A program made the translations under genes and the position numbers. Of a DNA stretch of 64,000 bases, positions 39,801-51,915 are shown in pieces (within the stretch, counting starts at the first letter, position 1; every line of letters begins with the position of its first letter). The stretch comes from Podarcis liolepis (lineage: Eukaryota). The stretch lies in the NCBI GenBank assembly GCA_965112155.1, contig OZ218100.1; one strand, written 5' to 3'. A model generated the notes under the pieces. It did not search any database and was not told the DNA's origin. It saw nothing but the letters and a program-made list of their open reading frames with translations.

Positions 39801-42595
39801 TGGTTCCAAATGTTTATAATTCTGAATTTTAAATTGCTGTAACTCTGCTGGTGAAGGGTAAGTAATACATTTAATAATACTAATGATATTTAACTGAACT
39901 GTAGCTTATTAAGTGGACATTTATTCACATATATTTGGGACCCATTAATCCTACCAGCAACACTGGCTTTCACTGTCCTTGGGATCAATGTCAGAAATTA
40001 TTATGGTGCTTTGTCTCTCCCACCAATCAACACACAAGGAACTCTAGGACTGGTAGTTCTCAAGAATCACACAGAAAGATTGGTGCTTCCCTGTCTCCCC
40101 AACTCTTAAGTCCTAGTTAAACTACACAAACATATTATCTTTTAGAGAGGAGCATGGGTCAGCAACTCACTTTTCAAAATGTTGCTTCATCTGCCTTAAT
40201 GTAGCTTCTTATTGGCTTCAACAGATCTTGTAAGATCTGGTCCACAAGTACATAAACACAGGGAAATAAATATAGTCAGGCAATTTACTGTATATTTACT
40301 GTAGTAAATTTACAATTTACTGTAGTCCCATTTCCTCACTTGGAGAGTAAAGGGATTGTAGCCTAAGCCGTCACTCCTTCAGATTTTCAGGCTATAGTAA
40401 ATTAGGGTGAATGTACATTACTTACATTAATAACCCAGGATAGTCAGGTGATATATTTCCACCTAAAAGAAGGGACATAGTTCAGTGGTAGAGCCAGAGC
40501 TGGCCTCATGCTGGGTGCCCTGCCACCTCTACCAGCAACAGAGAAGCGCCCTTGGGTATAGCGTATGCATGCCAGATATCCTTGGTATCTTCAAAGCTAG
40601 GCTGAGGAAGGCTTCTGTCAGAAACCCTGAAAACACCTTACAGTACATGTATTAGCCAGTGTCAACAATACTAAGTTAGATAAATCAGTGGTCAGACTTG
40701 GTACAAAGTAGCTTTCTATCTCACCCATCTACCCACCCTACAGCTAGGGATAATGCAATCTAGGAGAATGCATATCTGGGAAAGGGAACAAAACGCACAG
40801 CTCTATAATTTTCAAGTAAGACACAGAACTGAGATTTGGGGATCTGTTAGTTCAGGCAGAGAAAGCATTCTTGAGAACTGCCTGTCTCTGGAGATTTTAT
40901 ATGACACTGTATATATGTAATTAAAAGTAAAATAATTCAAAATTCTATAAATCTCTGCTGAAATGGAAGGAAATCCAGATAAACACTATGTCCCTGGAAC
41001 TTCTCACAGCTCAGAAAAGTGAGACAGAGCATAACAGTGTATTACTAATTTCAACACAAGCAACTATGATATGAACAGGTACATTTGGAGCTGATAAAAA
41101 AGAAAAGTGTGTATAAACTTTTGTAGCTTCTAAATATGGGGTGGTATTCAAAGTGAGTCCTGCTCAGAGTAAACAGCCATGACTAATTTAGGTTCATTAA
41201 CATCAAGTTGATCTACTTTTAAGCAGGACTTAGCTGAATACAACCCATCAGTATTTGTGGCAAATATATGTACAAAGGATTATGCACATACTTTCTTTTT
41301 TACATCTGTATAAGAGAAGTGTCATGTGCAAAACAGTTGGATCAGATTCTTAAAAACAACAACATGGCAGCCTCAGTTTTTTCTAAGTAGTCTAGGTATG
41401 GCAGGTCTTTTGATTTTTTCAACTCCTAAGCACAGAATTCCTACTTCATTGTTTAAGGCTGAGAAAGCACTTCCAACCTGAGCATGTTCTGAAATACACA
41501 GACTACAATTTAGAAACAAAGCACCCAAAGAATTGTGTATGAACTTCTATGGATTCAACAGGGCACTTTGCATCACCACCTCTTGAGCTTCCTGCTCTTT
41601 CTCCACCCCTCCCCTGCCCTTCTGAAGGCTGGAGAATCCTAAGGCTGTGTAAGAGGCTGCATTAGTAAGATGAAAACAACCCATGTTTTGTTTATGCAAA
41701 GCAGAGTTTTAGGCATGCACATGGTGCACTTTGGATCCTAGGTTGTCCTGGTTGCAATTCTGATAGAGACTGCGGGGCCATTACCTGTTCTTTGGATTAT
41801 CCGTTTCCATCAAAATCACTTAATGAAAGATAATAGACGTTTTGATAAGGATTTTTCAATTGAATTTAGGATCTTAACATTACCTGTATTATTTAAACAG
41901 CATTATCCACGCACTTGGAAGAAATTAGCTATACCAGATTGGCCATAAGAAGAGGGAGAAAAAGAGAGAAGCCTGGGTCTAGGATCTCTTTCTTTAGACA
42001 TCAGGTATCACACAGAGGGAAAGAAAACAGGAGGACGCTTGTTTCTTATTTTGGGCAGGCAACACAACAGGAGCGGAACACCTGAGATGAACCTCTCCTC
42101 CCGCCAGTGAACTCATGATGGAGCCTCAAGGAAGACAACAGCCTCCTGGCGAAGGGGCTGGCCAAGGCCTTGCCAGCAGCTCCTTCAGCCGCCTCTTTTC
42201 CGCCGCTGCATTTCGTTCGCCTGGGCGAAGAGCTGCCGCTGCTGCACTGCAGGGCTGCCCGAGAAGAAAAAGAAGCGGACGGCGGGAAATGGCCGTAACC
42301 GTCAGAGTAGAGAGAGATAAAAGAAACACCGGGGGGGTGGCGGAAGGGAAGGAACAGGTCGCTGCCGTCCTTCTCCACCGCCGTCCGTCACAAAGCAGGG
42401 TAGTCGGCCGGGGTGGGGAGGCGGCTCCGCGGCTCCAGGCGCTCGCAGGAAGCAGCAGCCCAGCTCAGTCGCAACAATGGAGGAAGCGGGAAGAGCCGGC
42501 TATGCGGGAAACGAAGGGGAGAGGCTCGCCCTGACGGCCAGCTGGTTAGACCAGGGCAGCGGGTAAAAAGCGCGGCGCCCGGCCTGAGCGCGGCA

Positions 42596-42609
42596 GTTAC
42601 CATAGAAAC
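42596..42609. promoter_or_regulatory. RFX X-box motif GTTACCATAGAAAC
   Basis: Exact fit to 14-bp consensus GTTNCCATRGNAAC, inside the CpG island (ADSS2 intron 1). Confidence 0.6.
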
Positions 42610-42731
42610 CGAGGCGGCGGCGGCGGGAAGAGCCGCGGGGGGTCCGCTCTCTCTCTCTCTCAGAGGCCCGTCGCCTCCCCGCGCGCGCCTCCGGGAGAGT
42701 TCAAGGTGACTCGGCCCGCCCGGCTCCTCAC

Positions 42732-42905
42732 CTGGCACCTGCAGACGATGTCCGCGTCCTGCGCCAGCAGGTCCACCACTTTCCCTTTGCCCTCGTCGCC
42801 CCATTGTGCCCCCAGCACCACGGCCACTTTATTGCCGGGGTGCCGGGAGGCGGCCCCGCCGTTGGGGATGGTGGCGGCGGCGGGCGTGGAGCCGCTTTCA
42901 GACAT
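42732..42905 (-). CDS. ADSS2: ADSS2 exon 1 (MSESGS...[27 protein letters not shown])
   Basis: ATG in GCCATG context at 42905, P-loop QWGDEGKGK, donor GTGAGG; 13 exons sum to 1362 nt = 453 aa + stop; ADSS2 rather than ADSS1 by sequence and neighbours. Confidence 0.97.
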
Positions 42906-43390
42906 GGCTCCCGCAGGCGAAGGTTTCCGTATTGCTCTTAAGGCACATGCGAGGAGCAGAGGAGGAAGCGGCGCGCCCGACTCCGCCGGCGACGGCTACC
43001 TCATCCCCGCCTTCCCTCACAGTTGCCGCATCCCGCTCCAGCTCCTGCTGCCGCCTACCGGCCTCCCTTTGGCATCCGGCTCCTGCGCGTGTCAGGAGGC
43101 CCGCCCCTTCATCTGCATAATATGTTAAATGCCGGCGCTTCGTGCCCATATATAGAAGGAACTACGCTGCCCATAGTGTCGCGCGGCTAACTTCGCAGTC
43201 TCGCCGTGAAATGGCCGCGGGTCATGCTGGGAAACGCAGTCGCCCCGGATCTCGCCTCAGCTGGCGGGACGGCGCGCTGCTCGCTCGCCCCACTGTGGCC
43301 GTCCGCGCTGTTATTGGAAGACGCAGAGCGAGCGCGAGGCGGCGTCGGTTGCTAACGGCGGTTTGGGGGGCCGTTCTTTTGGCAGCGCTG

Positions 43391-43473
43391 ATGGCGCGCT
43401 TTTTGTTCCCGCTTGTGTGGGCCAAGCCCCTGCTGCTCTGCCTCTGGTTGAAGGGATGCTGGGCAGTGTGGAG
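43391..43473 (+). CDS. CATSPERE: CATSPERE exon 1, signal peptide (MARFLFPLVWAKPLLLCLWLKGCWAVWR)
   Basis: Hydrophobic leader ending AVWR like recalled human LLLWLSCYGSALWR; donor GTGCGG; phase 2 joins exon 2. Confidence 0.85.
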
Positions 43474-43691
43474 GTGCGGGAGAGAAGGATGGCCCGGGGG
43501 GCTGAACGGGTTGGGAAGGGGATGTCAGAGAGGCAGGTTTAAGGGTGCGAGAGGGGAAACGAGGAAGTGGGGGTGTCCATGGCTCAGGGTAGCGAGCGGC
43601 CCTCATGGTGAGTGCAGGTTGCATCTTGTGAAGAGAAAGGTAACAGATATGAGGCAGAGCACTCCCCTAGCCGGCCACCCAGGGGCCGTTA

Positions 43692-43908
43692 CAGTGGTAC
43701 TTCGGGTTAAGTACTTAATTCGTTCCGGAGGTCCGTTCTTAACCTGAAACTGTTCTTAACCTGAAGCACCACTTTAGCTAATGGGGCCTCCCGCGCCACC
43801 GGAGCACGATTTCTGTTCTCATCCTGAAGCAAAGTTCTTAACCTGAGGTAATATTTATGGGTTAGCGGAGTCTGTAACCTGAAGCGTATGTAACCCAAGG
43901 TACCACTG
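43692..43908. mobile_element. Tigger-like MITE at edge of CpG island (CATSPERE intron 1)
   Basis: TA-cagtggtacttcggg ... ccaaggtaccactg-TA. Confidence 0.87.
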
Positions 43909-44966
43909 TACTTCGGTTTGCTCACTCTTCTCAGTCCGAGAGCCCCATTTGGAATCTCCTCCGAGGGTTGCATGCCAGTGGTGGGCATAGTGAAAGTGAG
44001 CACAGCCAATGCGCCCACTCTCCGACATGGAAGGCGGCTGACAAATTAGGTGAAGGGAAGGTCGTCTGGCAAACACACTCACACTGCAGGGGTCAGAGAT
44101 CTTTGTTGCTAAGATATGTTAGGACCTGACTCCTTACTAAGATACATTATTTGTCTATAGTGAATAGGTTTATTAACAGAACCATGTTACCATGTTGGCA
44201 GAGATGAACTGAAAGCAGGCAAACCATCTTATCCAGTTCTCTGCCATATTTGTGCTGGTATGGCAGAAGTGAGGACAGAGTGGAATTTTCCCTCCTCCGG
44301 CTATTTCTGGTTTTTATTTTTGCAGCCAATTTCCCTCTCGTTATTTCCAGTGGAAGAGAAACTGCATGTACACAGGGTTGGCATATATTTCCCCCATTTC
44401 AGATGCATTTCAGGGGACGGAGAATGCTATGGATCCATTCATTGGCAACATGCCATCACCAGACTACCCTCAGCATGCACCCTCTTTGCGTCTACAAACA
44501 CTGGAGCTTGTAGTGTTGGAAGGCAAGGACTAGAATTTTCCATGACAGCAGTGTGGGAACTCTCACAACAGACCTCTCACTTTACCCTCAGAGAAGGATC
44601 AGTGGTCTCTGGGATGTCCTCCCAGGACATCCCTGGGACTGCTTTATCCTGTGAGATCAGCAGAGAGACCTTCAAATATTTTCTGCTTCTCTTGGTTTAT
44701 TCAATTCATACCTGAGCAGGGGAAAGAGGCCAAAAAATCCAACAGATACCAACAGATAAAGCAGACAGCTGGATACAGTAATTCTTTAAGGAAGCAATGA
44801 ATATCTACCAGTAATTGATCAGACCAGGGTTCCTCAAAGAAGCCAAGATATTTAAATCACAAACTGCATGTATAGTATAGAGGTGTGCGTGTGCTCATTA
44901 ACATCGAAAAACTATGAAGAGTTTTGCCTTTGTTAATGAGCACCTTGTTTTTTACTGTCTTTTCAG

Positions 44967-45015
44967 ATATGAAACTTCAGTAGGGCATTATATTCTATTT
45001 ACTGCAAGAACTGGT
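44967..45015 (+). CDS. CATSPERE: CATSPERE exon 2 (YETSVGHYILFTARTG)
   Basis: 49 nt, acceptor cttttcag, donor GTAAGT, in frame. Confidence 0.85.
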
Positions 45016-45429
45016 GTAAGTACTTCATGTTTAAGACTACTGTCCATACATAGGCTAAGATCTAATTTGGCAAGTAGAACTGGGTCAAACCTTGAACCAC
45101 CTTGTTACTGTAACTTTACTCATTCCCACCCCGAAAGTCAAGTGACTTTCGCCTGCCCCAATTTTCTCCCTTACGAGGGGCAGGGAGGTCTGGTGGGGGC
45201 AGTGGGAAACCATGACCCATCCCTAGTAACAAGGAACATCCCAGAATTTGGTCATTCCACTGTCATAGCTTTCAAAAATTTACAAAAGTAGGCTGGAGAA
45301 TTCACTGCTGAATTCCAATTCATGCAGAAATCCAACACAATAATTTGTGCCAGGATTCCCAATATTTGATTAAAGTCATTTTGGCAGCTTTGGGCTTGAG
45401 TGATTCCAAGTTATCTTTTCTTTGTCTAG

Positions 45430-45503
45430 ATACATTTAGTGTTTGAAGGGCCTTCATTTGTTGAATGGGAATTTTCCGTATTATGTACTATTGATGATAA
45501 AAG
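45430..45503 (+). CDS. CATSPERE: CATSPERE exon 3 (IHLVFEGPSFVEWEFSVLCTIDDK)
   Basis: 74 nt, GT-AG; aligns to recalled human IKLEYEGTLFTEWSVPETC. Confidence 0.88.
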
Positions 45504-45929
45504 GTAAGGAATGCAAAAATGTGTAACACAGATGTGGGGCTGTCCTGGGGGAGTGGAATAGTGAATGCCTTGTGTTCTATGTGCTCCATGGGGAGTATGC
45601 TCAAACATGAGCCCCAGTTGAAGACAATACATGCTATATTGTCTATATTGCGTCACAGCTGTGTGATAAAGGTTAGACTAGGTCTGTGATGAAGAAAAGT
45701 CCTTTTGCAGGAGGTTATTGGTGTTACGGTTCTTCCACAGTGACTTGCAGATGGAAAGAAGGCTTTTTCAGGAGGCTCCAATTAGGCTTTCTCCCAGTTG
45801 AGATCAAACACCCTGGGATCTCCATCTCCTGACTGCCAGTGGTGCCACTCAGGAGTGGCCAATGAAAGTCTCTTGGAGAGCCATTGAGGGTTGGAAAGGA
45901 ACTGAACATAGGTAGTTGCTTCCATTCTC

Positions 45930-46545
45930 CTAGTGAAAATGGCAAAGATGTTTAGGAAAGAAAATAACAGATGCTGGAGATGTAAGGAAAAGGAAGGAAC
46001 ATTTTATCATATGTGGTGGAAATGCAAATGTATTAAAAAATACTGGGAAATGATAGATAATGAATTGAAAAAAATGAACTTTATTAAGCACCCTGAAGCC
46101 TTTTTGTTGGGTATCTCAAACCAAGAACTGCCAAAAGAAAAATGGATACTATTTATGTATGCTACAACAGCGGCAAGAATCTTGATTGGACAATATTGGA
46201 AGAAATACCATCAAAGGAAAATGGCAAGAAAAATTGATGAACTGTGCAGAATTGGCTAAGCTAACACAAATTTACAGTCAATTTGCAGAAACAACAAAAT
46301 GGACTGGATTCACTGGCAGGGTTTGAATAAACGTTCACAACTTTATTTCAGTAACAGATATTTTAGAGAAATGATAAGGGAACTTTTATATAAGAAAAGC
46401 AGGATACAATAAATAAAGCTAAATAACTCAGCAGGGGGAGTTGAGGGAAATCCAGAGGAGGGAGGGAGAACAATGGTATATAACATGATGATTGAGATCT
46501 GTATCTTTATTTGTTATAAAATTCAATAAATATTCATAAATAAAT
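45930..46545 (+). mobile_element. 5'-truncated L1-clade LINE (ORF2 Cys-rich C-terminus + 3' UTR)
   Basis: CWRC...GTFYHMWWKC zinc-knuckle peptide, A-rich 3' end, flanking 17-bp direct repeats. Confidence 0.82.
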
Positions 46546-48056
46546 GGCACCTTAAACCTAGGTTATGGGTCCAACAACGGATAGTTGCCTCCATTCTCGA
46601 ATGACATACAAGGGCTTAGTTGTTCCCACTGTTTCTTTTCCTGATCCTAAAAAGAATGTGTGGAAAGGGCTCAACTCCCTGATGGTGAGGACATGGCAGG
46701 GCATGCAATAGCCACGCATCTTTCGATCCCAGCCAACCCTGCACCACTTTGTGAAGCTGGGATCTGATCTGAATCATTCACTCGGTGACAGGATTTTGTG
46801 TCAGGCCTGCTAATAGGTCAGAGTTAGAAATCTGAGTTGAAAAAGTGAGTCAAAAGTACTGGGAACGTCTTTTATAGAATCGGATTTGGCAGATGCAGGT
46901 GTTTCCTGTGGTAGGCAGACCAGGTTGATCATTACTGCTCCAGTACTGAGACATGACTGATTGGTGGAATAATCAATATCTTGGTCCCATTCTAAGTGTG
47001 GGGTTGTCAATTTTATTTTTAAAGGAAAATATGTCCAGGGTCTCATCGTAGTTATTATATTTATTATTGGTCAAATTAATATTGCCAGTTCCAAACCTTT
47101 TAAGGGGTGTTGCAATATCCATCAATTCCCTTTGGCAGTTTAACTGAGGTTCCATCTGCTGGACTTTGCTCTGATTTCCTGTATTGGTTATAGTCTGGGG
47201 GCTTCTTGAGTATCTTTTCTGTTTATTCCTCCCCCCCCCCCCCCCGAGCTGCGGTGTGTCATCCATGTAGATAATGATTTTCTTCCTTCATCTAAGAGCA
47301 TTCTAATTGGGCATATAGAAAGGGAAGCAATAAGCCTCTTCATTCTGAGCTGCATACTGGGTATGATGGAACTTTTGAAGGTTAGCAGCACTGTCCAAGT
47401 TTGCTTAGTACCAGGGAGTTTGTCATACTGTTCAGGGTCTACAGAATGTGGATCAATGCATGGTAGATATAGTTTAATGAATGAATAATCATACTTTTAT
47501 TTCCCCATCTTCCTTGGCTTAGAGGCAGTGGTGCCTCACTGGTCCCAGTCTCCTGGGCTGCTGGGCAGAGGCTGGGGGGCAGGAGGATGAACTTTGCCTT
47601 CGCTCGTCCCTGTCCCCGTCCAGCTCCTGGGCGGGGGCACACAGAGCATGTCAGCCCCCACAATATACAGGTGATGAGCACTCACCCGGTGGTGGGGGTG
47701 GCGCCCCCCTCAGTATTGAGGGGGGCTGACCCCCCTGCCCCAAAATATTGAGGGTCTGAAGCCCCTTCTGCCCCCTATACTCAGCACCCCTGTTTAGAGG
47801 GATATTTGCAATTTGCAGCATTACTCTGTTACTTTGTAATATTAAAATGCTAGGAATTATCTGAGTGGAGTTTTATCAATGGAAATATGATGCTAAAGCT
47901 GTTGATTATAAAATGCATAAAACATAAGAGGACCAAATTACAATTGAATGGATCAATATATTTTTCTATAACTAATACATATATTTAGGGCTATAATATA
48001 TTGTCAGTGCTAAGCAACTTCACACTAGACATGTTACTTATTTTTTATTATGCTAG

Positions 48057-48129
48057 TTCACGTACCCCAGAATTGAATTGTCCAGTTGCTGGAACTCATA
48101 TGGTTAAACCAAAGATTGGGGGGTCTCTG
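48057..48129 (+). CDS. CATSPERE: CATSPERE exon 4 (SRTPELNCPVAGTHMVKPKIGGSL)
   Basis: 73 nt, GT-AG; aligns to recalled ELRCSSPGVHAIKP. Confidence 0.85.
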
Positions 48130-48177
48130 GTAAGTTGTGAATAGTTTCTGTTTAGTTCCTGAATTACTACTGTGGTA

Positions 48178-48395
48178 CAGTGGTACCTCGGGTTAAGAAC
48201 TTAATTTGTTCCGGAGGTCCGTTCTTAACCTGAAACTGTTCTTAACCTGAGGTACCACTTTAGCTAATGGGGCCTCCTGCTCCTGCTGCTGCTGAACCGC
48301 CAGAGCACGATTTCTGTTCTCATCCTGAAGCAAAGTTCTTAACCCGAGGTACTATTCCTGGGTTAGTGGAGTCTGTAACCTGAAGCGTCTGTAAC
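48178..48395. mobile_element. Tigger-like MITE, right TIR lost
   Basis: TA-cagtggtacctcgggttaag; body matches 43692 copy. Confidence 0.8.
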
Positions 48396-49528
48396 AGTGA
48401 TTGAGTTAGCTAGTAGTAGCTCCCTATTCAAAATTAACCTACAGTTTTTCTTGCTCAAGTAGTAGGGTGAAATGAGTGGTGGCGTATATATATGTTATAT
48501 AATCCACTTTTAATATGTATCTTCAAAAAGTAATTGTGACCGAGAACCAACAATTTACTTCCATCTTATTCAAACATAAGTTGGAACTTAACTTTTGAGC
48601 AAGCACGTAAAGAGAGTATATTCTGGATATTGAAAAGGTTTTTTAAAATGTATTTAAATGTTTTCTGCTCATCTTAAACATCTGAGATTTGAATTACAGT
48701 AAAAAAGTCAAAAATAAAATAATAGGACAACATAAGAAATACTCAAGACCATCAAAGGAAACTATCAACTAAAGGGATAACAAGTTCTTAGTTGATGTCT
48801 TAGAGATGTACCTCTAGGACTTGATCAAATGTTCTTGGCATATAGCACTTACTTATACCACTCAAGTATTATACTCTTCCATTTGGAACTGACTCAGTCC
48901 ATTAATTGCTTTGTTATTCAGATAGAAAGATATATCACTGGTGGTTTTTCATCTTAGAGAGGGGGGAAATTTGATTAAGCTCATACAGCGACTTAACAGC
49001 CAGTGTTAGAACACATTATGAGATTTGATGGCAGAACAGATACCAGGCCACATGTTCTGTTATCTTAAGGGTATACCGTAGTCCTCAACGATCATTCACT
49101 GACCCTTCTCCTTGCATCTTCTGATGTAGTACAAGCAACTCCCTGTTTGCACAGAGAGCTGTGTTTCAGGTCACTACGTGCATCAGCAGTCACACATAAG
49201 CCTGTTCCACCCCCTTCCAGGGCCGAAAATTGTCATTCTCTGTAAAGAGAAAAAGAAATGTAGACAACAAAATAGGACATAAGACAAAAGTATTATTGGA
49301 GGACAGGCAAAAAAGGCAATTGTATCCTCCTTGGGATTGTGTACAAATTTAATTAATAATTGACCAAGTCATACTATAAGTTGACCCAGTGAAATGAGTT
49401 GGGAATGGGCCATAGCTCAGCGAATCAAGCATATACTTTGCTTTCAGGTTCAGTCCTCTATATTTCCAGGTCTGGAAAGATTCCTGCCTGAAACCCTGGA
49501 GAGCTGCTACCAGTTATAGTAGACGGTG

Positions 49529-49722
49529 AAGGTAAAAGACCCCTGGATGGTTAAGTCCAGTCAAAGATGACTATGGGGTGCGGCGCTCATCTCGCTTCAG
49601 GCCAAGGGAGCCAGCATTTGTCTGCAGACAGCTTTCTGGGTCATGTGGCCAGCATGGCTAAACAGCTTCTGGTGCAACGGAGCACCGTGATGGAAGCTAG
49701 AGCACACGGAAACGCCATTTAC
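49529..49722 (-). mobile_element. Partial Sauria SINE
   Basis: aaggtaaaagacccctgg tail and body similar to copy at 27638. Confidence 0.75.
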
Positions 49723-50009
49723 ATAAACACCATTTACGTAGACAGTTCTTAGCTACTTACTTAGTGGTCTGACAAGCAGCTTTGTATGTTTCTATCTTAA
49801 GTCCATTGATTTCTGTGGGTCTACTCTGACTATGAGTGACTTAATTACGGTAGATAAAATTTGTAGACAAAACAGAATTGTAACATGCTACAGTATGTGA
49901 AATGCAAGATTACTGACACCAGTGGATTTCAAACTCCTTATACTGTAAAGTAAAATTATTTCATTTGCAACAGAATAAAATATCTAACTTCCTTTCCTTT
50001 CCCTTTTAG

Positions 50010-50092
50010 ACATTTCAGGATAGGGAACGCTACTTGACTATAAATGCTGATTTAGATTGTTTCTTGTGGTATGTGTATACTTCCTTCACAAG
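50010..50092 (+). CDS. CATSPERE: CATSPERE exon 5 (TFQDRERYLTINADLDCFLWYVYTSFT)
   Basis: ERYL and CFLWY motifs, donor GTAAGA; alternative in-frame acceptor at 50019. Confidence 0.87.
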
Positions 50093-50347
50093 GTAAGATG
50101 AAACATACTTTTCATCATGATATATTCAATTGCATACAGTTGCATTTTTTCTTTGAGAACATTTCCTCATTATACACACTAAACATGATAATGTATATGT
50201 GTATCAATAATGGAGATGTATTAAGCAGATGTATTAAGTTGAATTAACAACATTCATTTGCTATAAGCATTCCTAAATTATCTTTGTTTTGACCATTTTT
50301 TGAAGTTTTTTTATGCTCACTAAATATTCAGTTTTTTTACTTTGTAG

Positions 50348-50372
50348 ATCATCATTACATAGCGCTCATGTG
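50348..50372 (+). CDS. CATSPERE: CATSPERE exon 6, 25-nt microexon (SSLHSAHV)
   Basis: tttgtag acceptor and GTAAGA donor; required to convert phase 2 to phase 0 between exons 5 and 7. Confidence 0.8.
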
Positions 50373-51837
50373 GTAAGAACTCTGAGATATGTATGTGTCT
50401 TATTGCTTTATGTTGTGATTCTAAATACACGCCCCAATCTCAAATATGTTTGCAAAATTGCATAACCATCAGTTCTGTTGTATGCCCAGTACCAGTTAGT
50501 GGTTCTTTGCAACCATCAGCAGCACATCCCCACATCTAGCTAGGAGATATTACTACTTCTCAGAAATTTAGAATCAAACTCTTGGGAAACAAGACCCATT
50601 TGTTTTAATGCAGGGATGGCTACCCTGCGATTCTCCTGATATTGGTGAACTGCAGCTTTCACCATCTCTGTCCAACATGGTCAATGTTCAGCGATGATGG
50701 GAGTTGTAGTTTAGCAATATTTGGAGGGTGAAAGGTTAACCACCTCTGTTTTAAAGGAATTTGTTTTTTAGAAACACACATTTAGAATTGAACTGGAGTT
50801 CAGAATATATGTATAGTGACAATTAATGGATTTATTTATAGATAAATTGGTGATATGAATGCATTAGAAAGATAATGCATTTATCCCAGTAATGTTGATC
50901 TAATGAATTATTATCTTTTGGCTCGGTGGCAATTCAATGCATAATTGTTCAATAGATTCCTAGCACACTTCTGCCATGACTGAGTCATGTAACATTTTGA
51001 ATCTTAAACTTTGAAGTCCCAATTTTAGGGACTTCCAGCACTGTTTGAAAAACTTTTGCTATTTGCAAAGAGCTTTCAGACAGTCCACTCTGGAGGCTCA
51101 AATGTGGCAGGGATGGTCTGTCTGAAAGCCCATTGAAAAGACAGCTGTTTATTCTTCCCACATCACCTCATCAGGAGGGGGGGGGGGGAATGTGTCTTTT
51201 TGAATGATTGGCTGCAGACATCCTGCATGCAACTGATCCTTCCAAAAGGGTCTGCTTTGTGTGGCTGTGCATGCCTTTTTCCTCCTGTTTGCAGACAGCC
51301 CTTTGCAAACTGCCCCATGCTGCTCCTTCCAGAAAAGGATGAGCCCTTCTTCCATACCCTCTCACCTTTCCACCTATGAAGATTAATTTCCTATCTTTAT
51401 TAATTTTTTATGCTAAACCTAGCAAATCTATTGGTTAAATTATGGCTCCATACTCAAAATGGCAATATATTGTTTTAATAGAGATTTTCATCACTACATC
51501 CTGTTTTCTGTGACTTTGCTAAACCATAGAATTACCTGATGTCTTTTTCTTAAAAACATAATGTTATCTCAGTTACTCTTTGCACCTGTTTTCAGCCATG
51601 AAACGCACTCTCAGTACTTTTGCACTTGGATATCTTTGTTATAGGAAAATCATATTTCCCTGAATGCTTATAAAACTTTAAACTTTAAAACAGGGACTAT
51701 TAATTTGCTTTTAAATAGTCAGCTTACATACATGGTTAATATAGTTCTATAACACAAAATGGCTATAATTCACAGGAAGAAACAGTATCGTTCAAATTCA
51801 TCAAAATTTGCAAAATTTTTCATTTTTTATTTGCCAG

Positions 51838-51915
51838 ACTCTGGTTGTATGGATTTATGACCCAGAAAATGCTGATAGTAAAGAAATGAGCCATACTGCG
51901 AAAGGACCACCAGAA
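51838..51915 (+). CDS. CATSPERE: CATSPERE exon 7 (TLVVWIYDPENADSKEMSHTAKGPPE)
   Basis: 78 nt, GT-AG; VWxYDPExAD motif. Confidence 0.92.

Larger units (their letters stand above)
42050..43690. promoter_or_regulatory. CpG island / bidirectional promoter of ADSS2 (-) and CATSPERE (+)
   Basis: Only long GC- and CpG-rich stretch in the window; spans both first exons; GC box 43101, ZNF143-like sites 43160-43183 and 43218-43241, YY1-like 43209, CCAAT (reverse) 43313. Confidence 0.9.

Noticed and set aside
42046-43747. Many overlapping 60-200 aa ORFs on both strands
   Set aside because: Expected from stop-poor GC-rich CpG island DNA; only ADSS2 exon 1 and CATSPERE exon 1 have homology and splice support.
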